A DNA stretch of 63,112 bases, counting the filler, from Moniliella sp. 'wahieum' (taxonomy: Eukaryota), in assembly GCA_003971905.1 (NCBI GenBank). It is 4 parts of 4 records of this genome, joined end to end, with 100 filler letters (N's around TTAATTAATTAA, not from the genome) between each part and the next. Parts side by side here need not be neighbours in the genome. Positions count along the whole stretch, not along the records: positions 34,026 to 51,825 come from RSEE01000213.1; positions 51,926 to 63,112 come from RSEE01000221.1; 2 more parts are not named here. The stretch is one strand, 5' to 3'. The notes under the pieces were generated by a model. It did not search any database and was not told the DNA's origin. It saw only the letters and a program-made list of their open reading frames with translations. The position numbers and the translations under genes were made by a program. Shown piece after piece: positions 47,961 through 61,168 of this stretch. How positions within the stretch are numbered: the stretch's first letter is position 1; each line of letters opens with the position of its first letter.

Positions 47961-49192
47961 TGCACGCAGCCACATCAGTCTCTTCCAAATGGGAATGGGC
48001 TGGCTAGTTAGTGTAACAATTGTAAAGTGATGTGGAGTGGTTTGTTAATAACCGGTCTTCTCATAAAGGGTATTGTTGCCACCTCACCAACCGATGCCTT
48101 GCCTGAGTCGTAGGTGTAAAATCTAGACCTACTTTTACCGCTGGCAGGGCAGCAGGCCACGTACTCGCCCCCTGTCCGCTGCTTGTTCTTTCCTCTCTCC
48201 ACCACCTTTCCTTCCCCCTTCCCTTCTTCTCGCTCACCTCGTTACTTGATTATAACACTTCAGTAGTTTCTTTGTCAGAACCACACATTTCGCATAATCT
48301 TAATCCTCTGCGTGTCGTCCTCATCATGATCAAAACGTTAGAATTAATACCTGGCTTCTTCCGCTTGGCCGCTAGCTCCACGCAGCTTAAACCCAGTCCC
48401 TTTTATGGTTCATCGGTGTTCCACATGAGTTGTGGTTTCGTCCGTCACCGTGCCTTCCGTACGCAAACCATGGCCACTTGGCCACCTGTTCCTGGGGTGG
48501 TGTGGTTGCGCGGATAGATGGAGGTTACACGATGGCATGCAGCCAGTTGCACTGGCTGTAGGGCTCTTTTTTTGTTCTCCCTTGCTGTGAATTGGAGCAT
48601 AGCACTTGTGGGGACTTTACCTCTCCATTCCCAGTCAGCAACACGGTTGCCTCCACCGCTAATCCACCAAATACGGTCATCATAATCGGTAATCCTTACA
48701 CTGGCCTTTCCTCCCACCGAGGGTTTCATCCCCTTCCTCCACAGCCGGCTCGTTAAGGATGTGGGTTTTCCGAGAGAGCGCACAACCTTGAGGATCGACT
48801 CGTACACAGCCTCGTGAAAATCCCGATGCGCACCGGCCACTTGCGATAACACTATACGCCTCCTTATTCTCTGCCAGTGCTACCAACATCGACTCTGGCT
48901 CATCAATCTCTGTGTTGGAGTATTTCGAAGTAAAAACTGAGCTACCAAAAGTCGATCGGGTGGAAGAAACACCAGGGTTGTCAGACTCACGCCGTGCTAG
49001 GGGGCCCTTGGCCACTAGACCGTATGGGCACTATGGCGTGATTTCTCCAGTTGGGAGATCCTGTGTCCACCTCTCGACTGTGCCCCCTTCCTGAGGTGAG
49101 GTACATATACCTCCTCTGCGTCCATAGATGATGCAATCCATCTGCGCCCTTTCCCCATCTCCGTCTCCTGACACAGGTGGGGCTCGATTCGC

Positions 49193-51540
49193 TCACAAGC
49201 GAGAGAGAAGAGGAGCGTCAATGCTCGAAGCCGCCTTGAGATCCGTAGCAATCGACCGAGCGGCTGCCGAGCCGCAATCATGGTCGTCAGCATAGGGTTG
49301 GATCCTGGTCCTCGGGGAGCAACGATGCATCTGCAACATAGAGAGCGTGAGTGCCGTACACCCTTGCTTGGGGGTCGCACACTGCCTCACTTGGATCCAC
49401 GCCCATGCGACACGTGCCCATCTGGTGCGCTTCGACCAACTTGGCATTGTGTGGGAGGAAGCCTTCGGTCGCGACAAATGCTTTCCAAGCGACGAACGCG
49501 GGGTCTTGCAAATCCCCCATGAGGATAGGCGGATCGGGCCCGGGCATGCCGGCCGGACGGAAATTCAAGTTAGGAACCTTGGCTTGTGGGGAAGATTCTT
49601 CTATGGCGGTGTAGGTCGAGATTGGCAGCGTGAAACGACGGTACACGCGGCTGTCCAGTCCAGATGGATTGGGCTCCGACCGAGCGAAGGACATCGATGG
49701 CAATCAGTACACCTGCCAAGATCGAGTCTGCGTCGTACTGGCTCATGGACGTGTAGATGGCCGGGTGCCATTCTGATCTGGTACGACGTAACCAGGATCG
49801 CGATCGCGAGCAATGACGGCCAAGGTGATGGAATAAGGGTAGAGCAGAGCTTCTTGCTTAACGACGAACCGGCCTGGGTCAAAGTCAACATGTGCGTCAT
49901 AGGGCTGGACGCGCAGACCTCGATGCGAGCACCAAACCCGTCAGGACCGCGACGCAGCGGGCCGTGTTGACGATGGTCATGATTCCTCCTCGAAGGGGTT
50001 GATAGGAAAGGAAAAGGTGGCGGCGGTAACGAGGGCGGCCGGGTGGAGGAAGAGGTGACGTCCGATATTGGGGTTGCGCGGCATACCGGGCGAACGAAGA
50101 AGCAAGCAAGGTGAGTGCAGTGCTCCTCCAGCGACGACCACTGCACGCGAAGCATGGATCCGTACCGTACCATGCCCACGGACAGTGGCGAGGCCTCCGG
50201 TCGCCCGGCGGGGATCACTGGTATCGTCAAGCAAATCTGCTCCACCTTGGCGTCCGTCAAGAACTGAGCACGGCCGTCTCGGCGGCCATGCGCAACCAGG
50301 AAACCACGCTGCCTTGCTTGTGTCCGTTGGGGCAGCCATGGAGACAAGATCCGCAGAGTGGGTGTGTCCGCCCGAGTTGGTCGGGATCACATCATACTCG
50401 TGTCCGGCTCGTTCGGAACCGAGGGCCAATAGACTGTTGGAAACATTGTGTTGAATCTTGTCCTTGGACACGCCCATCACGGTTGAGACATAGTCCGTAT
50501 CTACTTTGAACTGGGGCGAGCGGAAGTACTTGAGCCCGTAGACACTCGCCCAACGTTCGCGAACAAAGGAAGGAGGGCGGAGCGAGGCGGACCAATTGAT
50601 CGTGGCTCCCTGAGAATGAGAGAACAAAAGGGTCAACACGGGGCCCACTATAGTACGTGGCAAACTCTGGAGAAGAATGAAGAAGAAGAAAGAAGAGCGT
50701 ACACCAAATGTGTTGCAGCCAGCAAGGTATGCCCTGGCTGGTGGCCAACGAAGCGCCGGATCGTACATGGAAGCAACGCAGTCTTGGGATCACCCAATTG
50801 GTCCAATGGTACGTAGCTACCTTTCTCCACAACCAGGACGGAGAAAACCCTCCTTGGTCAAGTTCGGCCACCACCCCAGCGCCTGCGCCCGACCCAACAA
50901 TCAACACCTCCGTTTCATCGTGCCGCCTTCCACAGGGAGCTGGTCATTGAGGAAGCGGAAAGGGTGATGGGGAACGGCAGGCTCGGCGTCGGCGTCTGAC
51001 GGTCCAATCGGTAGCTGGATCTGTAGGGAATCCGAGGGCGGCGGGTTGTACACCCGACACCACACAGTGCCCAAAAGTTGGTGTATCTGAGCGACGATTT
51101 GCAGGACATGTGGCTGGTCCGAGTGGAGCCACGCGGTCCAAATTTGCGTGCGAAGCGCTACCGGCAGCTCAGCAAATGGCACACGGGCAGCCCGCACGGT
51201 CTCTTTGAGTGTTGGCGAGGCCGCGAAAGCGAGAACAGTGTCGCGTCCACGGGGGGCGATCGTATCGAGGAACATCAGGAGCGGCTCGACATCGGATCGA
51301 CGGTACTTGTTTGCCAGGGCCTGCTCGATAGCTTCCAGCACCAGAGGAGCGACCGCGGGGTCGGCAAAGCCTTGGCGGACAAGATGTTGGCAGCAGCGAT
51401 TTGGGCTGGGTCGGCAGATGAGGGCAGCGCTTGCAGCACTCGCTCGGCCTCAGGACCATCAAGCGGGGGGATCAAAGCCTCGCCCAAAGCCAGGAGAACG
51501 GCTTTGCGTGTGTGTCGGTGAGGAACGATCCGGTGGACAT
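49193..51540 (-). CDS. Long-chain fatty alcohol oxidase (GMC oxidoreductase) with PTS1 signal; spliced and frameshifted
   Basis: LIVGSGAGAGVVA FAD-binding motif, GATINWSASLRPP, VVVAGGALHSPCLLLRS, NIGRHLFLHP, EAHQMGTCRMG, VADASLLP, GSNPMLT; ends APLLSRL* (SRL); intron 50702-50610. Confidence 0.92.
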
Positions 51541-51825
51541 TGGGGGGCGTGTTGGCGGTGCGGGGGAGGGGCGGGGTGAAAACTAGAAGTGGTTTACGCG
51601 AAAGAGAGTATATATAGATGGAGTAGACGGGCGGAACCCTTTATCGTGGCTTCTCGTCCGGTGAATCGTTAGCCACAAGGCTTGCGAGACTAGAAGCTCT
51701 GCTGTATCACGCCCATGAGGAGTATGCCAACTCGCACTGGCAAAAAAAGCGATGCGATGAGGCTTTCGGGAGTCTCAAAAGATGACTGCGGAGGGCAATA
51801 GAAGTGCCGGGAAGGGTCCTGGCGG

Positions 51826-51925
51826 NNNNNNNNNNNNNNNNNNNNNNNNNNNNNNNNNNNNNNNNNNNNTTAATTAATTAANNNNNNNNNNNNNNNNNNN
51901 NNNNNNNNNNNNNNNNNNNNNNNNN
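51826..51925. other. Artificial contig linker
   Basis: N44-TTAATTAATTAA-N44. Confidence 0.97.
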
Positions 51926-52607
51926 GGCTCGGACGACTGCTAAGCGATTCTTCCCTTTTCACCTCTCTCTTTGTCCACTTGCTTCGCCCCACCTTCATTT
52001 TTGCTCCGGTGAGAAGCTCACTCTCCTTCTCCATCCCCTTCATCCCTCCTTCCCTCTCATCCACTTTCGTTCCTCCCAATTATTGCCCCCTCCCCCCTCA
52101 CCTCCTCTTTTGTCATGGCCACTGGTTCCCCCACGTCTCTAGCCTTTCCCTCTTCTTCCTTCTTCTTCCTTTCTCCTTAGATGATGCCCTCGTGCATCTG
52201 ATTGATGTTTTCTTTTCTCCTTCATCTGTTTCGTTTCTGCCACATAGGTCCTGATTTGCCTTAGTTCCAACCGCCTCTTCAGTCGTATTGATTGCATTCT
52301 CGACGTACAAAGTGCATATGGATACATCGATCGCAATGTAGTCCCTTGGTGCATGATTAAAGGGGTGCTGAGTCGAGCGAGTATCTTGGCTTGCACAAGA
52401 TGCGTGGTGTGGTGTGGTGTGGGTGCGCATACTGGTGGATGGTGGAATACATTGATTGATATAATGCGAGTTCTGCGCTCTGGTTGAGCTTGGTGTCAAG
52501 TATCGGAAACGGGGGTGGGCGCCACCACGATGCAATGCCAATGGGTCCTTGCAACGTTTAAGGTAGCGTACTTGTGAGGCCAGCGATGCATTGGGATGCC
52601 ATTGGGG

Positions 52608-53734
52608 CTAGCTGGAACCGGCGGCCATAAATTGTTCAATCGCGTCAATTACTGCATGCGGTTTTCAGCCTGGACCCAATGCCCCGTATCCAGAGTAACA
52701 TGGGTGTGGGTGGGAAACAGCGCATTGGCCACAGGGATGTTCTTATGGTTGATGTACCTGTCGTTCCTTCGTGTCAGCTCTCCAACTCGAATCTCGCCCT
52801 GGCGTGATAGAGAGATCGGATGAATACATACTTGCTCTTCGCCCCTTTGATGAACAGAGCCCGGCCATCGTACGTCCTCTCCCCTGGCGCGTAGGGGAAA
52901 TCTCCCAGTTGCCCAATGCTATCCTTGAGAATCCCCAACGGGATGCGGAACGACCAAAAATCGTCCCTCCTTCCTCTCCAGGTTGGTCAGCAGGAACTGA
53001 CGCACGCTCAACGACGACTCGATCCGGGCCAACATCTGATCGGCTTCTTGCCGCGTCTTGACCTTCGCCGCCTCAATCTCGATCATGGCGTTCAAGTAGG
53101 CCTGCATTGACAAGTCAGCGGGGGAGAAGCACGGGGAGGAAAGGAGTATGGTGGTGTGGGATCAGGGACGTACGTCAAATTCGGTGCTGAGAGCACCTCG
53201 TGCAGGAGACATATCAATGCTCACCACACCAGCTAGCGCAGCGGGCGGCACAGTCGGATCCAACGCGGTTGCCAACATCGTCTTGCCGCCCATCGAGTGT
53301 CCCACCAGCAGCACATCGCGCAGCACTTGGGTGCGGAGAAAACGGATCACATCCGCCGCCATCGCTGCATAGCTCATCCCTGCCACATGGGGACTGTCAC
53401 CGTGGTTGCGCAGGTCGAGGGTGTAGATGTCGACGCGCCACCGTTGGGCCATCCTGCGGGCGATGCTGCGCCAGTTCTGCTTCGACCCAAACAGACCATG
53501 GGCAATGACGACGGCCTGGACATGGGCGGCGCGCGCGGCTTGCGGTCCGCTGCTCTCGGGGTGCGGGAGGGTGTGGGGGGGTGATGGACCGCGCGGGCAA
53601 GGGGAGGGACGGGGAAGTGCTCGTAGTCCAGTGCGACGGTTTGGATCGTGGGGGAGGCACACGGTCGGTGGAGAGGCAGCGGATAGCGAGGGGCCTGCAG
53701 GCGAGACTGCGGATGGCGAGCGCGGCGCGAGCAT
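52608..53734 (-). CDS. Alpha/beta hydrolase, ABHD11/YbfF/Imo32 family (probably mitochondrial); spliced
   Basis: AHGLFGSKQNW, LDLRNHGDSPH, VGHSMGGK nucleophile elbow, VRQFLLTNL, LGDFPY, TLDTGHWVQAE catalytic His; intron near 53172-53100. Confidence 0.92.
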
Positions 53735-53987
53735 GCTGGTCAGGGAGGGAGTGGAGGAGGAGGAGGAGGAAGAGAGGAGGAAGAGGAGAGGAGAGGAGAG
53801 GATGAGTTTTAATTACTGGCCTTGGGACATCCGATTCTGCTGGACAGCCAGGTGGCTGGGATTACGTACTGCGCAGCATTCTCGTCGATTGGCGTGGCAC
53901 ACCCAAATACCTGCGGTGCCCACACTCCCCGGAGCTTCTCTACTCCTCCTGACCGGAAACGCAGCCGACGGAGGACCTGGACGTATC

Positions 53988-55826
53988 TCATGTCTCTGTC
54001 TCCCGTACCAGTTCGGAGAGAAACATTATCAGGAAGCATGGTGAGTTTAGGTTTATTCTGTTTTCATTGCAATCAATGGACAAGCAAGCAAGCGTGCGCA
54101 TGCAAGTCACGAGTTGGGCATGGGGAACATGGATGCTCCATAAACTGATGACTGGAGCCGAATCATATCCGCTTGGAGGAGGGTGATTTGCCCCTGCTGC
54201 TCGGCTTGGTAGAGTGCAGACCAAGCCTCTTTCACCGCTTCCGCAGACAGCGGTTCCCCAGCTGCGTCCGTCAGCGGGGGAGAGAGGTACTGGAGACAGT
54301 GTAGGTCTCGCCTCAGGGCCTGGCGTGGGCTCTTCTTCCTCGGGTTCAGGCTCAGGCGTACGGGCCAAGGCACGGTTCCTCGTGCCTCGTCGGACAGAGC
54401 GGGCGGGCGGAGGGGTACGCCGCCGCTTCACTCGGCCTTCCAACAGGTCCAGTTGGATCAACCGGTCCACCGCCTCGGGAACCAGAACCGACGTGATCAG
54501 TTCTCCCGGGCTCAGGGGCGCGATGCGCAGCGCAAGGTCCTGCGCCGAAGGACCATCCCAGTGAGGAGAGAGAAAATATTTTGCGGGGATCAGCGAGGTT
54601 GTGCAGGTGACGCATCAACAGTTGATAGATCGCATTCCACCCCACCTCCCCATGTACCCAGCCTGCTCGGTCGTCATCCGATTCAACGCACCCAGCACTC
54701 CTCTTCTTTATTTGCCAGACGAGCACGCACAATGGGGAAGAGAAAGCTGTGCTGCTCTGGGTGCAGCGCCGAGCGCAGGATCTCGGCCCAGATGGCTGGA
54801 GAAGTCAACCGCCTCACCAGCGCTGCCGGGTCCACCGCACTTGGCCACCCACGTCGCCGCGCAGCGGGCACCAATGTTGTCTCGACGCGGTGCCGGACAC
54901 AGCATTCCACACGCGCTTGGTCCCCTACTGTGCCATTGGCACAAGCAGCAAGCAAAGGCGTGAGCAGCGCGATCAGCACAGCGGTCGGTTTTCGTGGCAG
55001 GGGCTCCTGGCAAAACGGACAGACTTTCAACTTGCTTGCGTCTTGGGGCAAGCGGCGCTGTTGACGCGCATGCTTCCTGTAGCCGAAGCAGGTGAGCACG
55101 AGGCACTAGAGCAGGGATGGAAAGAAAGGGAAAAACGGGGGCAGGGATAAAGGGAAAATGAAACGGGAAACGGGAACCGGAAGAGAGTCAAGCAGAAAGA
55201 GGGAGAAGGACGCACACCAAGGTCTTACGTTCGGATTGGCTTTTGAGCGCCAACTCCTCCAGTCCCTTGACTCCGCCATAGTCGGCCATGACCTCCTCCA
55301 GGCGGGCTTCGTCAAAGGCATATTTGGGAACCAACTTGAGCTGGCGCAGGGCTTGGGATCGGGCGCTGCGCCGCTGGTATCTTGGTCGGGGTGAGAGGAG
55401 ACAGGCGAGAGGCTGGCTGAGGGGGCGGGACTGGGTGAGTGGGGGGCGCGTCTTGCCTTTGGCTCGTCGGGGGTTGGGCGGAGGCAGTTTGCGGCGTTTG
55501 GCGGCCGGTGTCGCCGGCTCGACACGGGCGAAGGGTCGCGGGCTCGTCGGCGTGCGCCGGTGATGGGGAGGGGCTGGGATGCAGATGGGATAGCGAGGCG
55601 GGGCGAGGAAGGGTCGTCGCTGCGTGGTCGCAGAGGGGGTCGGTCGCAGAGTGGCGGTCGCGGTGGCTGCTGCCGCTGCTGTCGGGGTCGGAGCGCAGGG
55701 CGGAGTGGGGTAGGAGAGCGGGGGAGGGGGGGGCGAGGGGGACGGCGACGAGTCGCTCTGGAGCGCGTCGAGCATCCTCTGCGCCGTCTGGGAGAGCGGC
55801 GGCGCGTCGTCCTCGACGGCGGCCAT
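53988..55826 (-). CDS. RTC4-like domain protein; spliced and frameshifted, 3' end uncertain
   Basis: ATG 55826; CPFCQEPLP, CVRHRVETTLVPAARRRGWPSAVD and PGYMG, recalled as RTC4-family motifs (CxxH..GWP..PGYYG); intron near 55214-55108. Confidence 0.65.
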
Positions 55827-56145
55827 GGTGTAGGTGGGGGGCGCGTAGATGCGCTGGGGTGTGAGGTGGGCTGGCTTTCTCCTTGTGGTGGGCAGCCGAG
55901 CGAGGCTGGGAGCGCCGTTCCGCGGCTGGGCGGAAGGCGCGGTGGCCCAGGCGGCGGCGCGACTGCCGCCGTGCGGGCGGGGTGCGCCGCATGGCACTGG
56001 GGTGGTGCGCGCGCGGGTGTGTGTGCGCTGCGTGGCCGAGCATCATGACGTCACAGCGCAGGCGTGCGACACGCGTGCCAGGGTGCACTGCCGCCAGACG
56101 GCCAGCTTGGGTTATGGATATCGATTCGATAACCCCCCCCACGCC

Positions 56146-58049
56146 ATGGCCGACGACGCGTCGGACGCGTCGGGCGTGTTCGCGCCAATGCCCGCCGAGC
56201 GCGCCGCCGTGCGGCAGATGGAGCACCTCCTCCTCGCGCACGCGCGCGCGGCGCTGGAGCGCGGCGACGCGTACTGCTCCGTCTACGCCACCAAGGACGC
56301 CCGCGCCTCCACGCTCGGCGAGCTGGCCGACGAAGGCGTCTACCGCGTGTGCTGGCTCTGCGGCCCCGACCAGGGACGCCAGCAGACCTTCAATCGCGCA
56401 CCCTCCACCGCACCCTCCCGCCCGGCGCCCAGCCCTGGCGCCGGCCCTCGCGCGGCCTGGCCACCCGACGCCCATCCCCATGCCACGCCTGCGCCTGCGC
56501 CTCCTCCCCCGCGCGCCGCTCACGCTCCCGTCTGCGCTCCGCGCCATCCCGCCGCCTCACCCGCCCTCCTGCGCCTACGCCCTCCCGCACCCAGCGCTCC
56601 GACACGGTCGACGTGTGCCAGTTCGAGGTGCGCCGCCACCGCCAATGCCTGTCGCCCATCCTCTCGGTCACCGACCGCATGGACTGGGCCGCGCCCAGCA
56701 CAACGCGCGGCCAGAGCCTGACCCTGATATTGAACTTGGGCCTGAGCCTGAGCTTGAGCCTGCGCCTGCGCCTGCGTCCAGCCAATACCGTCCCCATCTC
56801 CTTGGCCGAGACGGTGGGAGCAACTAGATCGCCCCCCGCCCGGACGGCTAGACGCCCTCGCCTCATCCACGATGTCGTGGAAGCCGTCGAGCGCGACCGC
56901 GCCCACTCGCGTCAGCGCGATTCCCAAAGCTTGACCCCACGGCCCCAGCCTGCACCCCTACCGCGTTTACGCACCCGAGTGCGGGAAGATACGCCTGTGC
57001 AGGCACGCCTGGCTTCCCCCGACCGCTCAGGTGGCCGAGCAGCGAGACCTGCTCCCCCCACCGACTGTCGCCACATCTGCAACCGACACATCTTCGATTG
57101 ACCGCGCCATTCGTGGGTCCTTGTTGGACCGCGAGAGGCAGGCAAGGGATCACGAGCGAAATCAACGGCCCCCTGTTCCGTTTTTCTTCCAGTTCCCGGC
57201 GACGCCGGTCTAGATCCCCCCGGCCCAGGAGCGAAAGAGCGATGATTCTAGTTCCACCGCTCGGCCTTCCACCTGCTCCAAAATGAGCTATTCCTGGACC
57301 CCTCGGCACGCCTGCAACGTGCCTCTTTTGGGATCGGATGGGAGCATGGGTCCCAGGTCCTGTCGGAAGCATGGGAGGAGGACGGGACGAGGGACCTGGA
57401 CTTGGACCTGGACCTGGACCTGGACCTGGACCTGGACCTGGGGCGGCACCCCCATCCGACCCGCCCCATATCGGCCCGTTCGCGTGGGCACAACAAATCT
57501 TCCTCCTTTAGCAGTTTGAGAAGCTATCATTCTACCTCTGCCCGCCGCGTACGGGCCCGCTCACCTTCCATGCCTCTCCACTCGGCACGAGGGCGCACCC
57601 TTTCCCTCTATTCCGACCGGGATGGGTCGCGATCGAACCGGGTGGCCACACCCTCTGTCCATTCTGCACGGGCATCTACCGCCTCTCTCGCTCGGCACAC
57701 ACGCACCCCATCCATCTCGGAGCGGGAACGAAATCGTTCGGTGGGCCAGGGCTTAGGGGACACTGTGGCCGAGTCTCCCCCGTCTGGGTGGGCAGAACGG
57801 GTCGGTCGGGCGCGTACTTCGGCGCCCGAATCCTACCCTTACTCACTGCGGACCTCTGGAACCAGCGGTCCTTCCGCTACGCCCAGCATCCGAGAAGGGG
57901 GGAACTGGATTGCGACGCAGGCGGCGCGTCAGTTGCCCGATTGGATGTGGCGAGGCGCGACGGCAGATGCGCCTCGGGAAAGTGCAGTGAACTGGGACCG
58001 AATCGTCTCTGCACGCGCTCGTGCCGCCCGAGACAAACGGTGGGCATGA
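56146..58049 (+). CDS. Hypothetical protein with a putative C2HC zinc-binding motif and Ser/Arg-rich C-terminus
   Basis: GC3-rich ORF from ATG 56146 (MADDASD), RVCWLCG and later RRHRQC; C-terminal ORF 57402..58049; joining needs splicing or frameshifts. Confidence 0.45.
57392..57441. repeat. (GGACCT)n hexamer microsatellite (DL repeat)
   Basis: About 8 copies of ggacct/ggactt. Confidence 0.85.
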
Positions 58050-58474
58050 CGCCCATCACGGATCTTCGGCCAGGAGGGGGAAGGGAAGGACAGAGGGCTG
58101 CACTTCAATCCCCGCTTATGCCCTTGGCCTTTTCAAGTCGGACCTTTCGGATGATCTGCCTTCGGATTTGGATATTGGTCGAGCTCGCCTAGGTTCGCGT
58201 TAAGCGCTTTCCCCCCCCCCCCACCCCCCCCTTGCCATTTTTACTTCTCTTTCTGCTCATCGGGGCTGTTTCGGATGCGTTGCGTTGAGCCTCGCGGATC
58301 CTTATATTCACTGGTGGATCTCTGTGTACAGTGGGTTTATGGGTTGGCTCGTAGCGGCAGTGGTGGGGGTAGGCAGTAGACATGGGTTCAGTTTGATGGA
58401 ACCAGAAAGCCAGAAAGCTAGAACGATCTGGGATCAGGATCAGGCCGCAGGCCCCTCAGACGGAGGCCTGCACT

Positions 58475-59946
58475 TCAGGAACGGTAGTCGCCATTGATCG
58501 CCACATACTCCTTGCTCAAGTCGCACGTCCAAAAGTCCGCACTGGCCTCTCCTTCTTGCAGGTCGACCCGGATGACAATATCTTCATGGGCCAACAACTC
58601 TGCTGCTGCCTGCTCATCCACCGCCTGCGGTACCCCATCTTTGAGCAGGGTAGCGGCGCCGCGCCTCCACCCCGGGCGGAGGGAGGAAGGTGACACTGAC
58701 CTTGGCCGGGTTGATGCGCCAGGGCGCTTGGCCCGCTTGCACACGTTCCCCCTTCGGCGTAAAGGGGGCAAAGGTGCGTACCCTGCCGCACAGAGGATGC
58801 GCCCCCAATTCGCATCCGAACCATGCAACGCCGTCTTGACCAGCGCCGAGGTGGAAATGGAAGAGGCAACGGCGTGAGCTTGGTCCCTAGTCGGAGCCCC
58901 CGTCACGCTCACCTGGACAAACTTGGTAGCGCCCTCGCCGTCGCGGACGAGAAGATGAGCAAGTTCAAGGCAGAGCGAAGTAAGGTGGTGTTGGAACGTG
59001 GCAAAGTCCGCATCACCTTCTGTCAAAAGCGGCGCGGAACGATCCACAGCCCCATTGGCCAAGGCAAGAACAGTATCGTTGGTGCTCATGTCGCCGTCGA
59101 CCGAGATGGAGTTGAACGAACGACTGACAGCGTGGTTGAGCGCCGTCTGCAGCGCTTCAGGCGCCACAGGCGCATCGGTCGCTACAAGCGAAAGTAATGT
59201 GGCATGCAACGACGTTGGTGCGCCCATCCTCGGATGGATCATGCCGGGCCCTTGGAGATCCCGACCAAACGACAGGTCTGGCCACCAACTTGGAACGTAC
59301 GCGCACGCAGCTTGGGGAACGTGTCGGTCGTCATGAACGCACGACTGGTCTCGTCCCAGGCTTCGGGATCGTTACGCAAGACCATACCCGAAGCCAAGTG
59401 CGGTAGCGCACGCTGGATCGTGCCTAGCGGCAAGGGGACCCCAATCACCCGGTCGACATCATCAGCGTCGCGGCCTCGGGCGTGGACGGTGCTTTGCCCA
59501 GCCCTTTGGCCGGCGCGAGAAGCGTACTGACTTGCTCCGTTAACGTCTTGACATCTGCAAGCCCTTGCTCGCCCGTCACAGCATTCGCACACCCGAGTTG
59601 ACCAGCACCGCACGCGCTTGCACCCCCTGGCTCAGCAGCGCCGCATCAAACTGCACCGGCGCAGCTTGGAACACGTTCTGGGTAAACGTGCCTGCGACCG
59701 AGGCAGGGTAGGCAGACACGACCAAGGCCAGATCGGGCTTGGGCGTGCTGGCCGCAGCAGAGGGCGCGGTAAGCTTGGGCGAGATGGCAGCCTTGATGCC
59801 GGCGCGTAGGTGGCAGACACGGCGTAGCCCTTGGGCAGCATCTCCTTGGCCACGGGGCGGACAAACCGGCTGGCCTTGTCGGAGCTGCGCAGGGCAGAGG
59901 TGCTGAAGGACCGCGTGGCGGCGTGCAGAGGACGAAGAAGGAGCAT
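58475..59946 (-). CDS. ARG7: Mitochondrial ornithine acetyltransferase / bifunctional ArgJ; frameshifted
   Basis: Presequence [65 protein letters not shown] autocleavage site, [50 protein letters not shown]. Confidence 0.96.
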
Positions 59947-61168
59947 CGTCGGTGGCAGGTGTGGTGGTCGGGGAATAGCGGAGGCGAAGGCGAAGGCGAG
60001 GGAGGCGAACGGATTGGAGCGGATCCAGCACATCCAACCGAGATGAAATTTATCTCCGTTGGATTTCTTCGAACTTGCCAGCGGCTTGAGCGGTTGGCGG
60101 TAGTAGTGTTACGCTGTGCGACTCCGTGGCAGTATATGACTCTCCGCAGGGGTGATCGAGGTGACCAACAGCGGATACCACAAGATCCACCGAGGATCTA
60201 ATATGACTAGCTGGCCCTATGACTCTCAATCAGAAGAGAGTGGCTGTTCCCTCCCGCCATCCTCCACACTTCTGAGCGCCTGGCACTGTTTCCCCGCATC
60301 CTCACACAGCACGGACGCCTCGCTCGAACCCCGCCCTTCTATCCCAGACCCCTGCTTCCAGCATCATTTTTTTTATCTTTCCGACCTCGAGGGCCCCAAA
60401 CCCGTTCTTACGATCTTCCGGACAGAGATGAAGTTATGTCGATGACTCCATGGATGTTCTCCAGCGCGAAATGGCATGAACAAAGAGTTGGATTCTATAT
60501 TCAAAGCAGGGGGGGAAAAACGGTATACAATCCGATCCACAGAGCTGAGATGGCGATCAAAATCGATGCAGGCAAGCATGTGAAGTGCACATTGGAATCC
60601 TTGAAACTGGCCAACCAAAAGAACAAGCAAACAAAAGCCACGGATGGATATTCTTGAGGTTCATGGTCATGGCCATGTGAATGTAAGAGGGGAGGGGGGG
60701 GGGACAGACTTACTTGCCCAAACCAACCGATATTTAGACAAGAATCTCCACTTCGTAGGCTTCAGACAGCTCCGTCGGCGCATCCTGGGACGAAGCCACG
60801 GTGGATCGCCAGGCTTCCACCGGATCCACTGCGTCCGACCCCTGCGCACTGGCGACAGGCCACCCTACCGTCTCCTTCCCTTGCCGCCTCGCCCCATTCC
60901 ACTGGTTCACGTCGGTTGGCCCAGACTTGGGGCCCTGGCGTCAACCTCAAACTCAAGGTCGATCGGGGTGCACATGGGGGTTTGGGCACGACAGCCCCTG
61001 CGTCGTCGAATCGGTTCGGAAATAGGTTGGAAGGCGTGCTAGCACGCTGGCAGCTGGGCGAAGAGAACTTGAGCGCCCCCACCCTGGATGAGAAGAACAG
61101 GGGAGGGGATAGGGAAAGACGGTGGGCAAGCATCGGTTGGCCCAAGGTGCACATTGTCCAATTCGGAT

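Noticed and set aside
48445..49015. Minus-strand ORF pair downstream of the alcohol oxidase
   Set aside because: Protein-like composition but no recognisable motif, start or splice structure; cannot be supported as a gene
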